NCBI GenBank assembly: GCA_937874175.1 | Contig: CALNBJ010000039.1 | Coordinates: forward strand, 143-64,142 | DNA from: an uncultured Bacteroidales bacterium | GTDB taxonomy: Bacteria > Bacteroidota > Bacteroidia > Bacteroidales > P3 | Direction: 5' to 3' | Length of the DNA: 64,000 bases | In this document: in pieces, positions 38,804-46,101 of the stretch | How the letters are laid out: the number at the start of each line of letters is the position of its first letter | Position numbering within the stretch: position 1 is the first letter of the stretch | Position numbers and translations under genes: made by a program | The notes under the pieces: model-generated | The model's database searches: none | Told to the model about the DNA's origin: nothing | What the model saw: only the letters and a program-made list of their open reading frames with translations

Positions 38804-40060
38804 ATGGAAATAATAATTCATAGAGGGACAAAAGAAATTGGAGGAACTTGCGTTGAGTTAATAATTAATAAGAAAAGACTATTATTAGATATTGGACTTC
38901 CTTTAGATTATGATTCTTGGTCGGATGAGCAAAGACAAAAATATGAGAATAAGATGTCTTCAATTATTCAAAAAGCAGATGCAATTTTCCTATCTCATTA
39001 TCATCAGGATCATACTGGATTGTTAAATATTGTATCAGAAAGAATGCCAATATATCTTAGTGATCCAACAATAAGAGCAATTAGAATACCTGAAATGTTT
39101 TTTGGAGATGTATTTAAGGGTTTTAATTTTATTCCAATCTATCATAGAAAAGCAATTACTGAGATTGAAGGAGTAAGGATTATCCCTTATAGAGTTGATC
39201 ATTCTGCTTTTGGAGCAATGGCATTTCTTATTGAAGATTTAAAGTCAAACAAAACTATTCTCTACACTGGAGATATTAGACTGCATGGATTAAGTAAAAC
39301 AAGTTATTTAAGTCTAAAACAAAATGTAGATTACATGTTGCTGGAAGGTACAAATATTGGGAGAGAATCCAACGAAATAATCAAATCAGAACAGCAAGTC
39401 TTTGAAAACTTTGTAAATATATTTAATTCATATCCTTCACATCTTAATTATGTATGGGCATCATCTCTAAATATTGATAGGATAAATTTACTATATGATG
39501 CTTGTGAGAAAACAAATAAGATATTAGCAGTTGATTTCTTTACTATGAATATCCTAAAATCAATGTATAAACATCATAATGTGCCTTATGGAAGTTCCAA
39601 TCGTTATATAAGATGTTTCTATCCAAATTATTTAACTTCATATATTAAAAGAATTCAACATAGAGATTATCTGATTAACTGTGTTCACTGGTGTAAGGTA
39701 AGTAAAACAGAAATAAAAGAAAATCCGTCTAAATATGTAGTTATGATTCGTCCAAGTATGATAGAAGACTTAAAGTATATTGATGCCAATAATGCAAATT
39801 ACATAACCTCAATATGGAAAGAATATGAGAGGGATGAAAAATACAAATCATTCTTTGAATACATTAATAATAAAGGATATAATAAGTTTTATAATCACAC
39901 AAGTGGACATGCTTTTGTTGAAGGCTTAAAGGAGTTAAATCAATATCTAAATCCTAAAACAATAATCCCAATTCATACACAAGAAGCTAATCAATACAAA
40001 GATATTTTTCCTGATTCCAATATCTTACAACTTTCAGACGGAAAAAGAACATTGCTATAG
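38804..40060 (+). CDS. metallo-beta-lactamase-fold nuclease of beta-CASP type
   Basis: MBL motifs IGGTCVEL, LSHYHQDHTG and YTGDIRLHG. An inserted domain follows, then the C-terminal HTSGHA and IPIHT motifs typical of beta-CASP enzymes. The start lies 1 nt after the upstream stop. Confidence 0.65.
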   Translation: MEIIIHRGTKEIGGTCVELIINKKRLLLDIGLPLDYDSWSDEQRQKYENKMSSIIQKADAIFLSHYHQDHTGLLNIVSERMPIYLSDPTIRAIRIPEMFFGDVFKGFNFIPIYHRKAITEIEGVRIIPYRVDHSAFGAMAFLIEDLKSNKTILYTGDIRLHGLSKTSYLSLKQNVDYMLLEGTNIGRESNEIIKSEQQVFENFVNIFNSYPSHLNYVWASSLNIDRINLLYDACEKTNKILAVDFFTMNILKSMYKHHNVPYGSSNRYIRCFYPNYLTSYIKRIQHRDYLINCVHWCKVSKTEIKENPSKYVVMIRPSMIEDLKYIDANNANYITSIWKEYERDEKYKSFFEYINNKGYNKFYNHTSGHAFVEGLKELNQYLNPKTIIPIHTQEANQYKDIFPDSNILQLSDGKRTLL

Positions 40061-40100
40061 ATAAGGAGTTTAAATAAGATAATATGGAGTTTCGCCTCAA

Positions 40101-40330
40101 TTTATAAAGTCTTTGGGTTATCTTTATAAAGTCTTTAGGGTAAAAAGACTTCGTTTTTATGATTCAAGAGTGGCATTCTTGTCCTTCAAGAGTAGCACTC
40201 TTAATGCTCAAGAATGCCACTCTTGAAATCAATTAAGCTTATTAATTCATCCAAAAGACTTCAACAAACTACCCCAAAGACTTTATTAATTCACCCCAAA
40301 GACTTTGTTAATTCACCCCAAAGACTTTGT
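40101..40330. repeat. dyad-symmetric phased palindrome super-array, locus 5 (10-11 sites, 22-bp period)
   Basis: AAAGTCTTT sites are centred at 40110 and 40132. The three central palindromes are CAAGAGTGGCATTCTTG, CAAGAGTAGCACTCTTA and CAAGAATGCCACTCTTG, centred at 40173, 40195 and 40217. AAAGACTTT sites are centred at 40258, 40280, 40302 and 40324. The whole array is symmetric about 40195. Confidence 0.9.
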
Positions 40331-40511
40331 TTTATATCAGAAAGAATGCATGTTTCTACAATAAATATCTTGATTTAATGTTGAATATTACACGTTTTAT
40401 ATAATTTTAGAGTGATTTTATAGTTATTAGTTTAGATTTTAATTGTTATTTTTTGACAGTGTTACATAATACGTAACACTCTATTTATTAATTTTTAAAC
40501 CTATTTTAATT

Positions 40512-40937
40512 ATGGGAAAAAGATATGGTACTTGGAAAAGGAAGTTTAAAGACGCTTCTGGAGAAGAAAAAGAATTGTATTATGCCTGTTCAAGAAGGGG
40601 AAATGTGACTGATTTTGATGGATTAGCAGAAATAATTACTGAGATTTCTTCTCTTAGTAAAGGAGATATTTTGTCTTCGCTCACCAATATTGAGCAGGTT
40701 ATGTTATGGAAATTGATTGATGGAGATTCTGTTCGTTTTGGGGATATTGGAACTTTTAGTATTGCTGTAACAAGTGATGGATTTGAAAATCCAGAAGATA
40801 TAACTCCTGATAAGGTAAGGGCAACAAAGATTGTTTTCACCCCTACTAAGAAGTTTAATAAACTACTTTTGGAGATGAAATTCACCAATTACGATAAACG
40901 ATTAAGAAAAGCTTTAGGTAAAAGATATTCTAAATAG
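40512..40937 (+). CDS. HU-like (HU_HIG-type) histone-like DNA-binding protein, second paralog
   Basis: 141 aa. The segment LAEIITEISSLSKGDILSSLTNIEQVM...VRFGDIGTFSIAVTSDGF aligns with the ORF at 4730-5131. Confidence 0.7.
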   Translation: MGKRYGTWKRKFKDASGEEKELYYACSRRGNVTDFDGLAEIITEISSLSKGDILSSLTNIEQVMLWKLIDGDSVRFGDIGTFSIAVTSDGFENPEDITPDKVRATKIVFTPTKKFNKLLLEMKFTNYDKRLRKALGKRYSK

Positions 40938-41002
40938 AAGGTTTTACGCTTTGTTTTAAATTAGAGTAATCTAAGGATTAATAAATATTTAAATTACACA
41001 CT

Positions 41003-41030
41003 AAAGCGTCTCAATATGGGGCGGTTTTTT
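41003..41030 (+). terminator. weak terminator-like hairpin; right copy of the AAAGCGTCTCA repeat
   Basis: AAAGCGTCTCA-ATAT-GGGGCGG followed by T6. The stem needs G-U pairs. Confidence 0.4.
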
Positions 41031-41073
41031 ATATCATTTTTCGGAATAAATTTACTTTTTAATTTTAATGTTG

Positions 41074-41081
41074 TATTTTTG
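41074..41081 (+). promoter_or_regulatory. -7 box TATTTTTG for the activase gene
   Basis: Exact TAnnTTTG match, 42 nt upstream of the ATG at 41123. Confidence 0.45.
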
Positions 41082-41122
41082 CATCTGACAATGGTGTCAA
41101 ACTTAAATGTTGAAAGATTTTA

Positions 41123-44100
41123 ATGAACAGATTTAAAGTTGGTTTAGACGTTGGTTCTACAACTGCAAAGATTGTTGCAATAGATTATAACGGAGAAATA
41201 AAATTCTCAAAATATATACGGCATTGTGCTGATGTATCTCAATCAGTAATATCACTTTTTGAAGAACTTAAGCAAGAGTTAAATGATTGCAAAATTGAGT
41301 TATCCATAACAGGTTCTGTTGGTATGGGTATTGCCGAAAGATATTCAATATCATTTATTCAAGAAGTTACTGCAACTGTTGAAGTAATTAAGAGTAAATT
41401 TCCTGACATTTCAACCATAATTGATATTGGTGGAGAAGATTCAAAGATAGTTTATCTTCAAAAGGATGGTAATATTGATTTAAGAATGAATGGTAATTGT
41501 GCAGGAGGAACAGGCTCTTTTATTGACCAAATGGCAACCCTTCTAAATGTTACAATTGATGAGCTAAACACGCTTGCACAAAACTCAAAAAGAATACATC
41601 CCATTGCATCACGTTGTGGAGTATTCTCCAAAACCGACATACAAAACCTAATAAGTAAGAATGTAGATAGAGAAGATATTGCAATGTCAGTTTTTCATGC
41701 CGTTGCAGTTCAAACGATAGTAACACTTTCTCATGGATTTGAAATAGAGCCAAAGATTCTCTTTTGTGGTGGTCCACTAAACTTTATTCCTTCACTCAGA
41801 AAAGCTTTTGTAAACTATTTGAACATAAACCAAGAAGACACCATTACACCACAACACGCTAATCTCTTTCCAGCATGGGGAGCTGCAATTTACAATGAAA
41901 ACAAAACCATTTTTAAGCTTGATGACCTGTTAAATCTTTTCAAAAACAACAAAGGAGAAAACCTAAAAACCACTGAAAGGCTAGAACCACTCTTTGAAAG
42001 TGAAGAGCAATATACCATTTGGAAAGAAGAAAAAGAAAAGCACAAAATTGAAAAGACAGACCTTAAAGACTACATTGGCGAAATTTGGCTTGGTATTGAT
42101 TCTGGCTCAACAACAACAAAGATAGTTGCAATAGATAATAATGAAAGAGTTTTCTACTCCTACTACACTCCAAATAATGGAAACCCAATTGAAGCAGTAA
42201 AGAAAGGATTAGAAAGATTTATTGAAAAGAGTGGGAACAACTCTCTAAACATTAAGGCAAGCTGTTCAACTGGCTATGGAGAGGACCTAATTAAAGCTGC
42301 CTTCAACTTAAATTATGGTATAATTGAAACAATTGCTCACTATTCTGCAGCCAAAAAGATTTCTCCTGAAGTTTCCTTTGTTTTGGACATTGGCGGACAA
42401 GATATGAAAGCAATGTATGTGGAGAATGGAGCTTTAAATAGAATGGAGATAAATGAAGCATGTTCTTCAGGCTGTGGCTCATTCTTAGAAACATTTTCAA
42501 AATCCTTAGGTTATGATATTGCTGATTTTGCTCAAAAAGCAACACGAGCAAAAGAACCTTGCGATTTGGGAACACGTTGCACCGTATTTATGAACTCCAA
42601 AATCAAACAAGTGCTACGTGAAGGAGCTTCCGTTGAAGATATTTCATCAGGACTATCCTATTCCGTTATAAAAAACTGTCTCTATAAGGTTTTAAAAATT
42701 AAAAATACTGAAGAATTGGGTAAGAATATTGTTTTGCAAGGAGGAACAATGAAAAACGATTCTGTTGTCAGAGCTTTTGAACTACTGACAAACACAAATG
42801 TGTTTAGAAGCAACATATCCGAACTAATGGGAGCTTATGGATGTGCAATCTACGCAAAAAACTCTGTTTTAAGCCAACCTTCTCCTCTTGAAGAACTAAT
42901 TTCAACTGCTTCCTATACAACTCAAGAATTGCAATGTAGAGGATGCGAAAACCATTGCGTAATCAACAAATACACTTTCTCTAATCAAAACACTTTCTAT
43001 TCAGGCAATAAATGTGAAAAGATTTTCACCAATGCAGGAGAACAAAGACAAAAGGGAAAGAATATATATTCAGAAAAATACAATCTGATTTTTGACAGAA
43101 AGATAAAAACTCAAGAAAACCAAAACAATCTTACAATTGGCATTCCTCGAGCATTGAACACTTATGAAAACTATCCTTTCTGGCATGCTTTGTTTGAAAG
43201 TTGTGGGATAAAAACAATTCTTTCCGAAACATCGGTCTATAAGCAATATGAACAAGGAATTCATTCCGTTATGAGCGACAATATATGTTTCCCTGCAAAA
43301 CTAATGCATAGCCATATATATAATCTAATTGAGAAAAAGGCAGACAGAATATTTATTCCCTATGTTATTTTTGAAAAAAAAGAAAACAAAGACTCAGTAA
43401 ACAGTTATAATTGCCCAATTGTTTCTGGTTATTCCGATGTAATAAAAAGTTCCATTAATCCTTCAATACCCATTGACTCTCCTACCTTCAACTTTAAAGA
43501 AAAGAACCTTCTTAAAAAATGCTGCAATCAATATTTACAATCCTTAGGCATAAGCAAAGAAAGGATTAATATTGCAATAGATGAAGCAATTAAAGCTCAA
43601 GAAAAATATGGCAAAGAAATTGAAGAAAAGAACAAAACAATTTATAACTCCAATAAAAAGAACAATAAACTAACCATTCTATTAGCAGGAAGACCCTACC
43701 ACACTGATCCGCTTGTTCAACATAAACTATCCGAAATGATTTCAGATATGGGAGCAGATGTTATTTCAGAAGATATTGTTAGAAGCATGGATGACATTAG
43801 CTTTGAAGACAATCACTATGTTTCACAATGGGCATACATTAACAGAATACTAAAAGCAGCTCACTGGGTAGCACAAGAGGATAATAACATTCACTTTGTT
43901 CAAATGACCTCCTTTGGATGTGGACCCGATGCTTTCTTGTTAGATGAAGTGAAAGCAGTATTGAAAAGAGGGGGGAAAAGCCTTACCATACTTAAAATTG
44001 ATGATGTAAATAATATAGGTTCATTAAAACTAAGGGTACGATCTTTAATTGAAAGTCTTAACTATGAAAACAACAGAGAAAGAAAACAATTACCATTTGT

Positions 44101-45328
44101 TTCAACCCTAACCTTTACTAAAAAAGAAAAGAGAAGAAAGATAATTGCACCATATTTCACTGATTTTGTTTCTCCAATTATGTCCTCATTCTTTAAGTTA
44201 ACAGGCTACGACTTTGAAGTGTTGCCACTAAGCAATACAGAATCTGCTAATGAAGGATTAAAATATGCCAATAACGAAGTATGTTATCCAGCAACACTAA
44301 TAATTGGAGATATAATTAAAGCATTGAAATCGGGCAAATACGACCTAAAAACAACAGCCGTTGCCATGACACAAACAGGAGGACAATGCAGAGCCTCCAA
44401 CTATTTGCCAATGATAAAAAATGCAATGATTGAATCGGGATTTGACCAAGTGCCAGTTATTTCAGTAGCCTTTGGAGACGATATGACCAATAAGCAATCA
44501 GGCTTTAAAATTACATGGATAAAATATATCAGAATGGCCATCCACGCCATTTTGTTTGGTGATTGCCTTTCAAAGTTCTATCATGCAGCCTTAGTGAGAG
44601 AAAAGAATGTTGGAGATGCACAAAGACTAAAAGACTACTATTTGGAAGTAGCAAATAAAATAATACTCAAAAACAACTCCAAAGAACTAACCCAACTCCT
44701 CAAACAAGCAGCAGAAGATTTCAATTCAATTGTTGAAGATACCAATTTGCCTAAGATTGGAGTTGTGGGAGAAATATTCCTTAAGTTCAATTCCTTTGCT
44801 CATAAAGACATACTCACATGGCTAACCGACAGAAAGCTTGAAGTTGTTCCGCCAATGCTATCCGATTTCTTCTTCCAATCCTTTGTCAATAGTAAAATAA
44901 GAAAAGAAGAAAATTTGGAAAGTTCATCAACACCACAATTTGTTATGGACAAAGCATACATAATGCTAAAGAGAATCATCAACAAATTCAACACTATTGG
45001 CTCCACCTTCAAATACTTCACACCACTCAACGACGTCTTCGAAACAGCCAATCATGCCAAAGAAGTAATATCACTAACAGCACAATTTGGAGAAGGCTGG
45101 CTATTGCCTGGCGAAGTAGTGAGCTTTGCGAAAAATGGAGTAAACAACGTAATAAGTCTTCAACCATTTGGATGCATTGCCAATCATATAATTGCAAGAG
45201 GAGTAGAAAAAAAAATAAAAACCCTTTACCCACAAATGAATTTGCTTGCATTAGACTTCGATAGTGGAGTAAGCGATGTGAATATAATCAATAGGCTTCA
45301 CCTAATGACCGACAACATAAAAAACTAA
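41123..45328 (+). CDS. acyl-CoA dehydratase activase-related fusion (2x BcrAD/BadFG ATPase plus 2x dehydratase-like DUF2229 region)
   Basis: 1401 aa. Two acetate/sugar-kinase-fold ATPase repeats start at GLDVGSTTAKIV and GIDSGSTTTKIV, each with a cluster-ligand motif (NGNCAGGTGSF, NEACSSGCGSF). A Cys cluster CRGCENHC follows, then a long C-terminal CoA-enzyme-activase-type region. Confidence 0.75.
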   Translation: MNRFKVGLDVGSTTAKIVAIDYNGEIKFSKYIRHCADVSQSVISLFEELKQELNDCKIELSITGSVGMGIAERYSISFIQEVTATVEVIKSKFPDISTIIDIGGEDSKIVYLQKDGNIDLRMNGNCAGGTGSFIDQMATLLNVTIDELNTLAQNSKRIHPIASRCGVFSKTDIQNLISKNVDREDIAMSVFHAVAVQTIVTLSHGFEIEPKILFCGGPLNFIPSLRKAFVNYLNINQEDTITPQHANLFPAWGAAIYNENKTIFKLDDLLNLFKNNKGENLKTTERLEPLFESEEQYTIWKEEKEKHKIEKTDLKDYIGEIWLGIDSGSTTTKIVAIDNNERVFYSYYTPNNGNPIEAVKKGLERFIEKSGNNSLNIKASCSTGYGEDLIKAAFNLNYGIIETIAHYSAAKKISPEVSFVLDIGGQDMKAMYVENGALNRMEINEACSSGCGSFLETFSKSLGYDIADFAQKATRAKEPCDLGTRCTVFMNSKIKQVLREGASVEDISSGLSYSVIKNCLYKVLKIKNTEELGKNIVLQGGTMKNDSVVRAFELLTNTNVFRSNISELMGAYGCAIYAKNSVLSQPSPLEELISTASYTTQELQCRGCENHCVINKYTFSNQNTFYSGNKCEKIFTNAGEQRQKGKNIYSEKYNLIFDRKIKTQENQNNLTIGIPRALNTYENYPFWHALFESCGIKTILSETSVYKQYEQGIHSVMSDNICFPAKLMHSHIYNLIEKKADRIFIPYVIFEKKENKDSVNSYNCPIVSGYSDVIKSSINPSIPIDSPTFNFKEKNLLKKCCNQYLQSLGISKERINIAIDEAIKAQEKYGKEIEEKNKTIYNSNKKNNKLTILLAGRPYHTDPLVQHKLSEMISDMGADVISEDIVRSMDDISFEDNHYVSQWAYINRILKAAHWVAQEDNNIHFVQMTSFGCGPDAFLLDEVKAVLKRGGKSLTILKIDDVNNIGSLKLRVRSLIESLNYENNRERKQLPFVSTLTFTKKEKRRKIIAPYFTDFVSPIMSSFFKLTGYDFEVLPLSNTESANEGLKYANNEVCYPATLIIGDIIKALKSGKYDLKTTAVAMTQTGGQCRASNYLPMIKNAMIESGFDQVPVISVAFGDDMTNKQSGFKITWIKYIRMAIHAILFGDCLSKFYHAALVREKNVGDAQRLKDYYLEVANKIILKNNSKELTQLLKQAAEDFNSIVEDTNLPKIGVVGEIFLKFNSFAHKDILTWLTDRKLEVVPPMLSDFFFQSFVNSKIRKEENLESSSTPQFVMDKAYIMLKRIINKFNTIGSTFKYFTPLNDVFETANHAKEVISLTAQFGEGWLLPGEVVSFAKNGVNNVISLQPFGCIANHIIARGVEKKIKTLYPQMNLLALDFDSGVSDVNIINRLHLMTDNIKN

Positions 45329-45341
45329 AAGAGAAAGTACA

Positions 45342-45941
45342 ATGGAAACAATGGAAGAAAAGATAATAGAAGCCGCAAGACAAATGTTTTTAGAATACGG
45401 TTATAAGAATACCAATATGAGCCTTATAGCACAAAAGGCAGGAATCAATCGCACTACACTTCACTATTACTACAACACCAAAGAAAAGATGTTCCATGCA
45501 GTGTTTGGACAAATTGTAGAAACCTTTCTACCTCAAATACAAGATATTTTAAAACAAGACATTGAGTTCTTTTTAAAATGTGAAGCAATAATAGACATAT
45601 ACTTTCAAATATTCATCCACAACCCAAGCCTGCCCAAATTCATAATAGATGAAATAAACAGAGACGTAGAAAACATAACAAAAGTAGCCTACAGCATAGG
45701 ATTTGAAAGCTATATAAACACCATAATACAAATCATAGACAAAGAAACAGATCAAGGAACAATAAAACAGGTGCCAATACATTACATTCTAATGGCCTTC
45801 ATATCTCAAGTAACCTTTCCCTTTATGGCAAAAAACATAATAGAATACATTCTCCAAAAAGACAACAAAACCCTAAACAACATCCTTGAAGGCTGGAAGA
45901 AAATCATAATTTTGCAAATGAAAACACTATTGGAGAAATAG
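45342..45941 (+). CDS. TetR/AcrR family transcriptional regulator
   Basis: N-terminal HTH AARQMFLEYGYKNTNMSLIAQKAGINRTTLHYYYNTKEKMF. Confidence 0.85.
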   Translation: METMEEKIIEAARQMFLEYGYKNTNMSLIAQKAGINRTTLHYYYNTKEKMFHAVFGQIVETFLPQIQDILKQDIEFFLKCEAIIDIYFQIFIHNPSLPKFIIDEINRDVENITKVAYSIGFESYINTIIQIIDKETDQGTIKQVPIHYILMAFISQVTFPFMAKNIIEYILQKDNKTLNNILEGWKKIIILQMKTLLEK

Positions 45942-46022
45942 AATAAATTTCCAATATTCTATATCCTATTCACCTTCAATTAGAATAATTGATTATTATC
46001 TTGCATTCAGGAGCCATATATA

Positions 46023-46030
46023 TTATCTTT
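46023..46030 (+). promoter_or_regulatory. -7 box TATCTTTG for the LRR/T9SS gene
   Basis: Exact TAnnTTTG match, 72 nt upstream of the ATG at 46102. Confidence 0.45.
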
Positions 46031-46101
46031 GCAATTAGAACCTCCCATTTTGATAGGTTAATTTGTGCTATATATAATTATCAATTTAACACTTTATTCT
46101 T

